Source: Candidatus Hermodarchaeota archaeon (GTDB lineage Archaea; Asgardarchaeota; Lokiarchaeia; Sigyniarchaeales; SOKP01). From it: DNA of 64,000 nucleotides. Below the pieces are notes generated by a model, which saw only the letters and a list, made by a program, of their open reading frames with translations, was not told where the DNA came from and did no database searches. Location: positions 1 to 64,000 of the forward strand of contig JBHLLO010000007.1 in NCBI GenBank assembly GCA_048885535.1, in the 5' to 3' direction. Positions 30,803 to 41,332 of the stretch are shown here, in pieces (position 1 is the first letter of the stretch; each line of letters opens with the position of its first letter). Position numbers and translations under genes: made by a program.

Positions 30803-32092
30803 ATGGATACAAGAATCAGTGAATTTGAAAAGATTAAAATCCAACGTTATGTTCCTGAGTTAGATTTATTGACCAATCCGGTACTGAATGCCAAGGAAAA
30901 AGAATTTCTAGCGGAATTTTATGAGTTCATAGAAAATGAGCTAGATGATGATTTAAGAAAATTAGAGGAACTTAATTATTATATCGAAGAACCTACTGAA
31001 GACATGAAGAAAGAAATTGTAATCGGAATTATGAAAAAGCTTGCTGAAAAAGGATATTATTCCACTATTTTAAATTCTGAAGATTTTGAAGTAGGAAAAA
31101 TTACAAGAAATGCCTTAATTGCTTACGCATTATGTGGAGGACGTTGGAGTGAACATAGCGAAAGATACATCGCTGGTAACTATAGTATTGAGATGGGAAG
31201 ACTAGCAGGAGGTACATTATATTGCAATCCTGTTAACTATGCTTCAAATGATTGGCAAAAAGAAAAATTTCTAGTACCAGTTGCTAAATATGGACAAATT
31301 GGGGCCTCAGCTATGACAGAATTCAATGCAGGGTCAGACATCTTTAGAATGGAATTAAACTTGCATAATACAGATGATAAGATAATTGCAAGAGGTAAAA
31401 AATTGTTTATCACTAATGGGATGATCGCAGATTATATTATATTATACGGTAGACTTGATAATGGAGAACTTGCTGCTGTGGTTGTTGATACTGAGCAACA
31501 ACAATTAAAAAATTTTCAAAGTACAAGAATTAGTACTTATGGTATGACTGATGCATTTGTAAGTCGGTTAATATTTGATGGAACCGAAATTCCGAAAGAA
31601 AATCTCCTTAGCGGTCATGGTCTAGATATTGCCTTTCATCAACTAACAGAAGAAAGATTAGTTATTAGTGCTGAAGCGTTAGGAGATTCAATGAAAAAGT
31701 TATTATATTCTCATGCATATGCACTACAACGTATTCAATTCGAAAAAAGATTACATCAATACCAAGTTATACGATATCCAATATCAGAAAAAATTCGTGA
31801 ATTAAATTTACATATTTCTGCACTGATTAACTACGCAAGAGAACTCGATGAACACCCGGAGTTGGGAAGTTCAAAATTAATGGCAGCTAACGCTATGGGT
31901 CTTAAAGTCAGCGCTACAGAATTAGGTTTTGAAAGTTCCATCCACTGTTTCAGAACTATGGGTGGACGTGGTTTCACAAGGCAATATGCTAATGAAATAG
32001 GGCTTCTAGACCCCTACTGCATGGTGCATGGGGGAGGATCGAATTATGTGTTAGAAGATAGTGAATCTAGAAGACTTTTTAAGTATAAATAA
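30803..32092 (+). CDS. Acyl-CoA dehydrogenase family
   Basis: AMTEFNAGSD, GKKLFITNG, EERL, YA..R.QF...L..YQ and MGGRGF. Confidence 0.88.
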   Translation: MDTRISEFEKIKIQRYVPELDLLTNPVLNAKEKEFLAEFYEFIENELDDDLRKLEELNYYIEEPTEDMKKEIVIGIMKKLAEKGYYSTILNSEDFEVGKITRNALIAYALCGGRWSEHSERYIAGNYSIEMGRLAGGTLYCNPVNYASNDWQKEKFLVPVAKYGQIGASAMTEFNAGSDIFRMELNLHNTDDKIIARGKKLFITNGMIADYIILYGRLDNGELAAVVVDTEQQQLKNFQSTRISTYGMTDAFVSRLIFDGTEIPKENLLSGHGLDIAFHQLTEERLVISAEALGDSMKKLLYSHAYALQRIQFEKRLHQYQVIRYPISEKIRELNLHISALINYARELDEHPELGSSKLMAANAMGLKVSATELGFESSIHCFRTMGGRGFTRQYANEIGLLDPYCMVHGGGSNYVLEDSESRRLFKYK

Positions 32093-32227
32093 TAACATAT
32101 GGAATTAGCAAAAAATATTTGGAAGACAAATTTCTAATTTATCTTGTTCAACTTCAACTATTTTTAGTTTTACTATAAATCTTTAGAGAATTACTTCTTA
32201 AATAATCCAGATTAATTAGAACAAATA

Positions 32228-33199
32228 ATGGACTACTATAACAATTTTGAGGACATTAATATATCTCCTTTAATTAAGGGCTATGAAGGAGCGAAATTAG
32301 AAGATCTATTTCAAAATCATGAAATTATAAATAATTCCATGGGCGAATTCATGGAATTGACATGGAATGAATCCCTCTGTCTGCCTTGCATCAATCTTAA
32401 TAAATCAAAAAGCACCTTATTGCAAAATCTTAAAACTGTTTATTATATTGGAGAAAAAGTCGAACGGAAACTAATAAGACGAGGGGTAAAATCACTCTAT
32501 GATTTGAAAATAAATCTTAAATATATGCATTCAGTAAATACACTTTTAAACCTAATTAAGAAAAAAGATTATACTAGTCTATGTGACAACCGATATATCA
32601 ACGATTTAGATGTAGCTTTCTGTTTTGAACTAGAGGACTTATTATTTCTCGATATAGAAACAATGGGCACATATAGTAGTCCAATCATAATAATGGGTTT
32701 AGGATTTTTCAGAAATAAAAATTTTGAAATTCACATCCTATTTGCCCGAGATTTTTCTGAAGAAATTTCTATACTTGAGTATTTTCAAAAAGGAATTCTA
32801 CCTCATTTTAAGTGTTTTGTATCTTATAATGGAAAAAGTTTTGACATTCCCTATATTGCTAATCGATTTCTTTATTATTTCGACAGTAATCCAATGATTA
32901 CAGAAAAAGATATTCCCTATGAAACTTCAAATACGAAATATCATCACATTGATCTATACCATAATTGTAGAAGGAAATTTAAAGAAGAATTTGGGGGATT
33001 TACTCTTACAAATATTGAAAGGAAGATATTAGATATTAAAAGAGAATTTGATATTCCAGGAGTTTTAGCAGGTTTTTTTTATAGGAAATATCTAGAAGAT
33101 CCTTTTAGATATGGTGGATTAATCAAAAAAGTTATAGAACATAATTATTATGATATCTATTCAATACCATTACTCCTGCACAAATTAATAGAAGAATGA
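32228..33199 (+). CDS. RNase H-like (YprB/RNase_H_2) DEDD exonuclease
   Basis: FLDIETMG, VSYNGKSFDIPY, HIDLYH and EHNYYDI. Confidence 0.82.
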   Translation: MDYYNNFEDINISPLIKGYEGAKLEDLFQNHEIINNSMGEFMELTWNESLCLPCINLNKSKSTLLQNLKTVYYIGEKVERKLIRRGVKSLYDLKINLKYMHSVNTLLNLIKKKDYTSLCDNRYINDLDVAFCFELEDLLFLDIETMGTYSSPIIIMGLGFFRNKNFEIHILFARDFSEEISILEYFQKGILPHFKCFVSYNGKSFDIPYIANRFLYYFDSNPMITEKDIPYETSNTKYHHIDLYHNCRRKFKEEFGGFTLTNIERKILDIKREFDIPGVLAGFFYRKYLEDPFRYGGLIKKVIEHNYYDIYSIPLLLHKLIEE

Positions 33200-33229
33200 T
33201 TTATTTTTTAAGAAATCTTAAAAAATAAT

Positions 33230-33871
33230 ATGAGAAACAGAATAGATATCATATCATTAAATAAGAGAGCATGGAATAATCTAGCAGAAAGGTACGAACA
33301 AATAGGTTATGGGAAAATTAATCCGTTAGTTGAGTATTTTTGTGAAAAACTTCCCAAAAGTGGTTATATTTTAGACTTAGGTTCTGGAACAGGAATCCCT
33401 TATACTAAATTTATGATAGAAAGAGGTTTCAGAGTACTTGGTATTGATATATCAGAAAAGATGATTGAAATCGCACAAAAAAATGTCCCTCAAGCCACCT
33501 TTAAACAATTATCTATGACTAATATAAATTTTGAAAATGAATTTAATGGCGTTTTTTCTTCATATTCAATGCTTTTACTTAATCCACCCCTTTTTAGGGA
33601 TGTTGCGAAAAGAATTGTATGCTCACTTAAAAATCGAGGTTTATTTTATCTATCTTTAAATGAACCCCGTATAAAAAACATAAATTTAGATGATGAGGTA
33701 TTTATTGAAATTATGGGAGCAAAAATGTATTCACGTCCGTATACTGAAGAGGAAGTTTTAGAAATATTTAAACCATTAGGTATGAATCATCTTAAAATTT
33801 ATCGAGAAGTTCAAAGCTCTAAAGAATTTGGAGTTGAATATATGATTGCATTTATATTTGAAAAAATATAA
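33230..33871 (+). CDS. Class I SAM-dependent methyltransferase
   Basis: ILDLGSGTG and VLGIDISEKMI. Confidence 0.88.
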   Translation: MRNRIDIISLNKRAWNNLAERYEQIGYGKINPLVEYFCEKLPKSGYILDLGSGTGIPYTKFMIERGFRVLGIDISEKMIEIAQKNVPQATFKQLSMTNINFENEFNGVFSSYSMLLLNPPLFRDVAKRIVCSLKNRGLFYLSLNEPRIKNINLDDEVFIEIMGAKMYSRPYTEEEVLEIFKPLGMNHLKIYREVQSSKEFGVEYMIAFIFEKI

Positions 33872-33947
33872 TGTTGACTATTAAAAATACAAAATTTTTA
33901 AAGATAATATGTCAACAAACTTAATTTATTTTTAAATATTCTAATAG

Positions 33948-35645
33948 ATGATATCTATGAGTGATTTAGAGGAAAAACTTTTTGACCAAACTTGGAATCA
34001 TAAGTCAAGAAATTCAATTTTAAATAAATTGAAACAAAAGAATTATGATATTGTGGTAATTGGGGCTGGCATTACGGGAGCAGGTGTAGCAAGAGAAGCC
34101 GCAATGAGAGGATTGACTGTCGCTATCGTTGATATGCAAGATTTCTCCGCAGGAACATCTTCGAGAAGCTCAAAATTAGCACATGGCGGTATTAGATATT
34201 TAAGTCATGGAGATATGGATTTAGTTAAAGAGGCGACGAGAGAAAGAAATTGGATGAGAGAGCACATTCCCCACTTAGTTCGCCCAATTCCATTCCTCTT
34301 TGTAACTTTAGAGAATGGGAAATACAAGAAACGTGATATAGTAGGGGCATGCAAAATCTATGATTTTCTAAGCGATAAAGACTCAGAATTTAAGAACTTC
34401 AAAAAGCATAAATGGTACTCCCCTGAAGAGATTTTTGAAATGGAACCAGAGTATATTAGAGAAGGAAATTTAGGTGGTGCTGTTTATTATGATAATAATG
34501 TTGACGATGCGCGATTAACCCTAGAAATAGTTAAGGAAGCCGTAATTAGGGGAGCTGATGCACTTAATTATTGCAAAGTAACTGAGTACATTAAAGAAAA
34601 TGGTCAGATTATTGGGCTCAAATGTAAGGATTTGATAGAAAATGTTGAGTTTAATATAAAAACCCGATTAGTAGTAAATGCAACTGGAGTTTGGACAGAT
34701 CAATTAATAGAAAGTTATCCTGAAGAGATTCCAAAACCTTTAATTCGACCTACCAAAGGAGTTCATTTACAGTTTAAGAGAAAGCACATAAAAAATAATA
34801 TGGCATCAATCGTATTTTCGATATCAGATGGAAGAGCCTTTTTTGTATTACCGCGAAATGAGGAATTTACTATAATTGGAACTACAGACACGGATTATAA
34901 AGAAGATTTAGCAAATCCTTTCTGTAACAAAGAAGATGCTGACTATTTAATTGAATCTGTTAAGTATTATTTTCCAAATGCAGAATTAGATTACAATAAC
35001 ATTTTATCTACATATGCAGGGATAAGACCCTTAGTTATGCAAAAAGGGAAATCTGAAAGCGAGGTTTCCAGAAAGCATATAATATTTTTTTCAGATGATG
35101 GACTGCTAACTATAACAGGCGGAAAGCTTACTGAATGGCGTGCTATGGCTGAAGATTTATTCAACTATATTGAAGAAATGCATATATTTTCAAATATTAC
35201 GAGACCAAAACACTTCTCTAGACAAAAATTTATTATTGGGATAGAAAGAGAAGCGTGGATTAAGAGGTTAAAAGAGTCTGAAATAGAGTTACAAGAGGAT
35301 GTCGCTGAGCATTTATACCAGCAATATGGTAAAGGTGCGATTGAAATACTTGAATTGATAAAAAAAGATGAAGCACTTAAACAAAGGATCCTTGAAGATT
35401 ATTATTTCATCCAAGCTGAAATCATCTATATATTAAGATATGAATTAACCACTCATTTAATTGATGTATTTTGCAGAAGAACTGAAATGGCATTATGGAT
35501 AGATCACCGAAGAACTCCAGAAGCAGCAGAAAAAGTTGCAGATATAATGGTAAAAGAATATTTATGGGACGATAATAAAAGATCTCAAGAGATAAGGGAT
35601 TACTTGGATTATATCGCAAAAACAATTGCATTTATGAACGAGTAA
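33948..35645 (+). CDS. glpD: FAD-dependent glycerol-3-phosphate dehydrogenase (GlpD/GlpA family)
   Basis: GAGITGAG, DFSAGTSSRSSKLAHGGIRYL, DDARL, IGTTDT, SRKH and GGKLT. Confidence 0.88.
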   Translation: MISMSDLEEKLFDQTWNHKSRNSILNKLKQKNYDIVVIGAGITGAGVAREAAMRGLTVAIVDMQDFSAGTSSRSSKLAHGGIRYLSHGDMDLVKEATRERNWMREHIPHLVRPIPFLFVTLENGKYKKRDIVGACKIYDFLSDKDSEFKNFKKHKWYSPEEIFEMEPEYIREGNLGGAVYYDNNVDDARLTLEIVKEAVIRGADALNYCKVTEYIKENGQIIGLKCKDLIENVEFNIKTRLVVNATGVWTDQLIESYPEEIPKPLIRPTKGVHLQFKRKHIKNNMASIVFSISDGRAFFVLPRNEEFTIIGTTDTDYKEDLANPFCNKEDADYLIESVKYYFPNAELDYNNILSTYAGIRPLVMQKGKSESEVSRKHIIFFSDDGLLTITGGKLTEWRAMAEDLFNYIEEMHIFSNITRPKHFSRQKFIIGIEREAWIKRLKESEIELQEDVAEHLYQQYGKGAIEILELIKKDEALKQRILEDYYFIQAEIIYILRYELTTHLIDVFCRRTEMALWIDHRRTPEAAEKVADIMVKEYLWDDNKRSQEIRDYLDYIAKTIAFMNE

Positions 35646-35770
35646 TTGTTTTGTCAAGGTTCATTTCTATTCTAATATTATGAATTATTGGACTCCACTA
35701 AATATATATTTTAATCAGATGATTATCTATATAATAATAAATCTTAATTCAATTTATGGAGTGAAATAAA

Positions 35771-36445
35771 GTGTTTTTTGAATGGAATTTTGTTGATAAT
35801 TTTTTTAGACCTTTGGGTACATACGCTGGTTTTTTTCTCTTGATTTTAGGGATAATGTGGTTGATTTATGCTATCTATGAGACTAAAAGAAGAGGTTCCT
35901 TTGAAAAAAGAAAGGTAGAAGAGTGGGAGCATGCTGAAGCATCAAAGTTTTTGAAGGTGTTAACCTATTTTGGATTTGTAGTTGGAATTTTTAGTTTGTT
36001 ATGTGGAATTTCTGGTTTAATGTATAATGCTGCACCGAGCCAAGCATATATAAATGTCACAGGAGATCACGCAAGCACTTTTACTTCAATTTTCTTAATA
36101 ATATTTGGAATTCTTACATTTTTAAAACCTTCAAGTGATTTACCTATTCCAACTATTATAGGATTATTAGCCGCAAGTGCAGTAATTATCATTCTCGTGT
36201 CAGTAATGCCTCAGAGTGCTTACCAAGTCGTTGATGTATTTATATCGGCTAAATGGTTTTTTATAATATTATTTATCGTCATTTTTGCAGTAGTTGCGCT
36301 TACAACAAAATTTTATATTGGAGCATTAATGAAAATTTCAAAAGGAGTATCTTGGCCACCATTAGCATTTATAATTGCTTCTTTTTGCATACTCCAGGGA
36401 TTTCTTCTTTTGGTTGTAGGAGTTTCAATTACAGGGCTTTTCTAA
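35771..36445 (+). CDS. Hypothetical polytopic membrane protein (~6 TM)
   Basis: Multiple hydrophobic helices; GTG start after a GGAGTG SD. Confidence 0.7.
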   Translation: MFFEWNFVDNFFRPLGTYAGFFLLILGIMWLIYAIYETKRRGSFEKRKVEEWEHAEASKFLKVLTYFGFVVGIFSLLCGISGLMYNAAPSQAYINVTGDHASTFTSIFLIIFGILTFLKPSSDLPIPTIIGLLAASAVIIILVSVMPQSAYQVVDVFISAKWFFIILFIVIFAVVALTTKFYIGALMKISKGVSWPPLAFIIASFCILQGFLLLVVGVSITGLF

Positions 36446-36491
36446 ATTAATTATTCTTATATTTAGTCTTATTTTTTTCATTTTTAATAAA

Positions 36492-37604
36492 TTAAAAAAA
36501 GCTGAATCGATTAGAGGTAGACTTATTGATTTCTCCGATAATTTCCTGGCTTAAGTTATAACCACAATTTGAACATTTTTTTTTTTCAGTAATGTTTATA
36601 TTAGTAAAACTATATCCTCTTCTTCCAATAATCAAATGATTACAGTTTGGACAATAAGTGTTTCCACCTTTCTCATGAGCAATATTTCCCACATAAACAT
36701 AATACAAACCCGATTTTTTAGCAACATTGTAAGCAAGATTTAAAGTTTCATACGGAGTTCTTTCCATTGAAGGCATTTTATAATCAGGATGATAAGCTGA
36801 AAAGTGAATGGGTGTATCCTTTCCTAAATTGTTGACTATCCAGTCCGATAATTTCTTAAAATCTTCTTGAGAATCGTTTAACTTTGGTATGACCAAATTA
36901 GTAATCTCTACATGAATTCCATTAGATTTGAAACTTTTTACCGTGTCTAAAACAGGTTGCACGGATTTTACTGCACATATTTCTTTATAGAAATCATCAG
37001 ACATAGATTTTATATCAATATTTGCAGCATCTATACCAACTTCTATCAATTCTTTTGTTGCCTCAGGTGTGGAATATCCATTACTAACTAGTATTGTCTT
37101 AATATTCTGTTCTTTCAAGAGTTTAGCAGTGTCTAAAATCCATTCATGCCATATGAGTGGCTCATTGTAGGTGTATGCTAAAGTTTCTGCCCCACTATTT
37201 ACAACTCTCTTTATTAATTCATCTGGTTTCATTTCTACTAAAGAAATTCTGCGATCTTTATAACCTTCGAGCTCAAAATAACCATTTTTTCCATTCTCAC
37301 CTGGAGTAGCTTGTGATATATTCCAATTCTGGCAATTTTGACATTTAAATGAGCATCCTATAGATGCAATTGAGTAAGCTGTAGCTCCTGGCCAAAAATT
37401 ATAAAGTGGTTTCTTCTCAATTGGATCTAAGCTTCCTTTAGATATCAATGATCCATATATAAGTGTAAATAGTTCACCGTCGAAATTTTTTCTAGTACGA
37501 CAAATTCCTACTTTCCCAGGCATTATTAAACATTCATTTGCGCATACATGACACTTAACCTTACTATCTCCTATTGATTCCCATAATCGTGCTTTTTTTT
37601 TCAT
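36492..37604 (-). CDS. amrS: AmmeMemoRadiSam-system radical SAM enzyme
   Basis: CHVCANEC..GICRTR, DPIEKKPLYNFWPG, CSFKCQNCQNW, AYTYNEP, YVYVGNI and C-terminal CPNC/CSNC. Confidence 0.9.
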   Translation of the reverse strand: MKKKARLWESIGDSKVKCHVCANECLIMPGKVGICRTRKNFDGELFTLIYGSLISKGSLDPIEKKPLYNFWPGATAYSIASIGCSFKCQNCQNWNISQATPGENGKNGYFELEGYKDRRISLVEMKPDELIKRVVNSGAETLAYTYNEPLIWHEWILDTAKLLKEQNIKTILVSNGYSTPEATKELIEVGIDAANIDIKSMSDDFYKEICAVKSVQPVLDTVKSFKSNGIHVEITNLVIPKLNDSQEDFKKLSDWIVNNLGKDTPIHFSAYHPDYKMPSMERTPYETLNLAYNVAKKSGLYYVYVGNIAHEKGGNTYCPNCNHLIIGRRGYSFTNINITEKKKCSNCGYNLSQEIIGEINKSTSNRFSFF

Positions 37605-37695
37605 TTTAATATCATATTATTTACCAATTATTAAATAAATATTAGGTAAGGATTGTTATAATTATTTGTTAGGTAAAAAGATTAATTAGTAGTTT

Positions 37696-38628
37696 TTGAT
37701 TACAATTTATCTTAGAAAAGATATCATGATGAATAAAGAAGAGATTGAAAAATTAGTTAAGGAAACAAAAGATAAGCTCGAAGATTTAGAAAAATTTGGC
37801 AAAGATTCCAACTATATCAGAGAGTTAAGTAACTTAGCGCTTCTACAGATTGAATTAGAGAATTATAGTGAAGCAGAAGATAATTTATTCACATGCTTGC
37901 ATCATTTTAAGCTTCAGCGTGATAATTTAGGAAAAGCGGCCGTCTATGGAATGCTTGGTGCTTTATATTTTAAGAAAGGTGAGTATAATAAATCAATTGA
38001 ATATTATACAATGGCTTTTGAGATATATAGACCATTAAAACAAATTCAAGAAGAAATTACATGCCTGAAAGGAATTGGAAATAGTTATATTAAATTGAAT
38101 CACTTAGATTCGGCATCTGAAATTTTCTTAGAATGTAGCGCTATCTGCTCAGATGCTGAAGATATTTATAATCTGTTAGATTGTTTAGGAAATTTGATAT
38201 ATATTTATGAAAAACAAGAAAATTGGGATATTTTAAATGAATTATATTTGAAATCACTAGAAGCTTTCAAACAGCTGAGAGATAATAAAGGTATAATAGT
38301 AACTAATTTCAATCTAGGTATTATTCAAAAGAAAGAAAGTAAGCTTAAGGAAGCATTGAACTATTTTAGAGAAGGCACGGATCTGGCGAGTAAAAGTAAT
38401 TATTCTGAATTAATTATTAAGGGTTTAAGTTATACTGGAGAAATTCTATTTCTTCAAGGTCAGATTAGAAAAGCGAAAGACAAATTCATTAAAGCACTCC
38501 AGTTAGCGAATCAAGTGAAAGCTAAGAATGCAATTATTCAATTGAAGATTCTCTTAAGATCCCTCGGCTTAAATGAACAAGAATTTGAGGAAATATTACA
38601 TAATAACAATAAAAATCTTAATCAATAA
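37696..38628 (+). CDS. Tetratricopeptide repeat protein
   Basis: Repeated ~40-aa 'LG.LY...G.Y..A..YY..A' units. Confidence 0.85.
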   Translation: MITIYLRKDIMMNKEEIEKLVKETKDKLEDLEKFGKDSNYIRELSNLALLQIELENYSEAEDNLFTCLHHFKLQRDNLGKAAVYGMLGALYFKKGEYNKSIEYYTMAFEIYRPLKQIQEEITCLKGIGNSYIKLNHLDSASEIFLECSAICSDAEDIYNLLDCLGNLIYIYEKQENWDILNELYLKSLEAFKQLRDNKGIIVTNFNLGIIQKKESKLKEALNYFREGTDLASKSNYSELIIKGLSYTGEILFLQGQIRKAKDKFIKALQLANQVKAKNAIIQLKILLRSLGLNEQEFEEILHNNNKNLNQ

Positions 38629-38704
38629 TTTAAACAAACATTTAATGAAAAATAGTTAAGATCAATAATTATAAATAGAGAAATTATTATTTTTCTAATA
38701 TCTA

Positions 38705-40126
38705 ATGAGCCATACATGTCCTTACTGCAAAGAATTAGTTGAAAGGCATTGGTTTTATTGCCATAAATGTGGAAAACCCTTAATTACAAACTTAGACAAT
38801 TTTTTAAAAGATGATTCCTCCTCTTCTTACAAAGAAAGTTCATCTTTTTATTCTAATTTTGAAGAAGAAGAATTGGATCCAAGCCTGATAAAAAACGAAG
38901 AACTGGAATACCAACTGATGGATATTGATAATGAGTTACGACAAAAAGAGATTCAAGGGGAATTAATGGGAAATTTATTGTTAAAGAAAGCAAGCATATA
39001 TTACAAAGCAAGAGATTTTTCAAATGCTATTTCAAATCTGGAATTAGCATTAAAAAACTTCTTAGAGGGAAAAGATTTATTACAAGTGGCTATATGTCAT
39101 AATGAAATAGGTTTGATTCATGAAGAAGGGGGCTATTTTGATCAAGCAATTTATCATTTTGATGAGGCTTTGAATACCCTTAGACAATTAGAAGACCACA
39201 TTAAGATAATCCAAGTATTAAATAATTTAGGAAATGTGTATTACATCATAAAAGATTTAGAAAAATCCTATGAATATTACCAACAGGCTCTAACATTAGC
39301 AGAAGAGCATCATTTTGAATTAGAAGCGGTTAAGTCTGCTAGTAATTTAGTGGAGATACTTTTTAACTTCAAAGATTATGATAGAATATCGAAAATTTTG
39401 AAAAGAAATTTAGAATTTTTTGAAAGGGACCAAGATCTATATGGAGTGATTCAGACACTTGTGAAATATGGAAAACTAAATTACTTTCTTGGAGAAATTA
39501 ACTATGAAGAATCTTATCAGTATTTTAATAATGCCTTGAATTTAATCGATAAAATTCAGGATCGCATTTCTATTTATCTGAAAGCTAAACTAGAATGGGA
39601 ATGTTATTTTTATAGAGGTAAATTAAATCTTCTATGGGATAATGAAGTATTAGCAGAGGATAATTTAGTTAAAGCCTTAGAAGCAATTAGGAAATTTGAA
39701 ATAGAAGATCATATAAATGAAGGGATAGTTTTAGAAGATTTAGCGGATTTATATTTACTTAAAGGACAATATAAGAAATCCATTGAATACTTAAATTTTA
39801 CTGCCGAAATTTTTAAAAAGTATGGAGATAAAGCTAAGATTGCAGAAATAAAAAGAAACATCGCTAAAATTTATAGTTTCAATCTACAAAATGCCATGAA
39901 AGCACGTGTAATTTACGAACAAGCTTTAGAAATATTTGAAAACTTAGATTACATAAAACAAGCAGCAGAAATTTTAAACAGTTTAGGTGATTTATGTATA
40001 AATGAAAATAACTTTCAAGATGCATTAAATTTTTTTAAAAGATCTAAACTTTATTATCAGGATTTACAGGATCAATACAATATTGATTTATTAACAGAAA
40101 AAATTAACTCCTTGAAAGAGTATTAA
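38705..40126 (+). CDS. Zinc-ribbon + TPR repeat protein
   Basis: N-terminal CPYC...CHKCG, an acidic Ser-rich linker, then TPR repeats (NNLGNVYY). Confidence 0.85.
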   Translation: MSHTCPYCKELVERHWFYCHKCGKPLITNLDNFLKDDSSSSYKESSSFYSNFEEEELDPSLIKNEELEYQLMDIDNELRQKEIQGELMGNLLLKKASIYYKARDFSNAISNLELALKNFLEGKDLLQVAICHNEIGLIHEEGGYFDQAIYHFDEALNTLRQLEDHIKIIQVLNNLGNVYYIIKDLEKSYEYYQQALTLAEEHHFELEAVKSASNLVEILFNFKDYDRISKILKRNLEFFERDQDLYGVIQTLVKYGKLNYFLGEINYEESYQYFNNALNLIDKIQDRISIYLKAKLEWECYFYRGKLNLLWDNEVLAEDNLVKALEAIRKFEIEDHINEGIVLEDLADLYLLKGQYKKSIEYLNFTAEIFKKYGDKAKIAEIKRNIAKIYSFNLQNAMKARVIYEQALEIFENLDYIKQAAEILNSLGDLCINENNFQDALNFFKRSKLYYQDLQDQYNIDLLTEKINSLKEY

Positions 40127-40139
40127 TATTTCAAATAAG

Positions 40140-41300
40140 TCAAATTATTTCTTCAAGATTTTTTTTACTTATTATTTTTATCAACCATTCAAGGCTAAAT
40201 TTTGTTTTAATATATCTTTCCCATAAATAGATAATAAATCCAATCGCAATTAAATAAGTTAGTGAAATTACAATAAATATATCATAATTTAATGATTGAT
40301 TGAATATTGGTAATAAAAGCCACTGAAAGAACAACAAAGTTATTGCAATTTTTCCAAAAATGATTAAAATTTTAGAAGCAATGCCTTTTTTATTTTTATA
40401 GTCTATTAAATAAAAAGTTAACCCAATAATTAATAAAGAAATCCCCGTTATGAAAAAAATGTTTTGAATTGTACCTTTTACAAACGCTTCTGGTATTCCT
40501 GGAATATAATAAATATTAGTTCCTCTTAAAATTGGTAAACTATCGATAAATGGATATGTATTTGGATCATAACTAAATGGTTCAACAAATGGGAGTAATT
40601 GAGTAGCAGAATAGATGAAAGCTAAAATAATGAATATAAATGCGTATTTTATAATTGAACGTATTGCGTTTAAGTTGGCTACATCCGACTCTAAAAGCGT
40701 GGATTCATAGATTAATTCGGCAAAAATAGTAGAAAAAAACCATAAAGATACAAAAGGTAAGAAAGGATAAATTGGAGTCGAAGATACAAATATGGTATGG
40801 AGAATACTGATAATTATATTAGTTTCTTTCCAAATGAATAAAAGCTCTCTAATATATGGCGTAATTAATATAATAGTCAAACCAAATACTAATCTTGCCC
40901 ATCTAACTAGCTTAAATATATAATAACAAATGAATTGACCAAATCCAATAAAAATTAATATATTCCAACCCCAGAATATTATTGCCCCACTTTCAAAATA
41001 TTGAAAAATTAAATTATACGCAATACCTAATAAAACCAAGGAAATAGATTGTTTGAAAAGTTTATTTCTATTTTTTCTATCTGGACGCTTACCCATTCCT
41101 TTCTTTAATGTAAATATAATTGAAAATGAAAATAAAAAAATTAATAGAAAGGCACCAAATATTTCCAAAAATGTAATTAATATACTGAAGAAAATTCCTA
41201 ATTCAGAACTAAAATTTAACCAATAATTTAAGGTATTTGTAAACAAAATACAAATTATAGCGATCCCTTTACATAATTGAATACTATTAAACCCCTTCAA
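40140..41300 (-). CDS. Membrane protein, DUF1624 / heparan-alpha-glucosaminide N-acetyltransferase-like
   Basis: N-terminal 'SIQLCKGIAI' resembles the 'SID.LRG.A' family start; WNILIFIG, YPFLP and ~10 TM helices. Confidence 0.6.
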   Translation of the reverse strand: MKGFNSIQLCKGIAIICILFTNTLNYWLNFSSELGIFFSILITFLEIFGAFLLIFLFSFSIIFTLKKGMGKRPDRKNRNKLFKQSISLVLLGIAYNLIFQYFESGAIIFWGWNILIFIGFGQFICYYIFKLVRWARLVFGLTIILITPYIRELLFIWKETNIIISILHTIFVSSTPIYPFLPFVSLWFFSTIFAELIYESTLLESDVANLNAIRSIIKYAFIFIILAFIYSATQLLPFVEPFSYDPNTYPFIDSLPILRGTNIYYIPGIPEAFVKGTIQNIFFITGISLLIIGLTFYLIDYKNKKGIASKILIIFGKIAITLLFFQWLLLPIFNQSLNYDIFIVISLTYLIAIGFIIYLWERYIKTKFSLEWLIKIISKKNLEEII

Positions 41301-41332
41301 AACAACGGCACCTCTTATTAAAGAACTTACTT

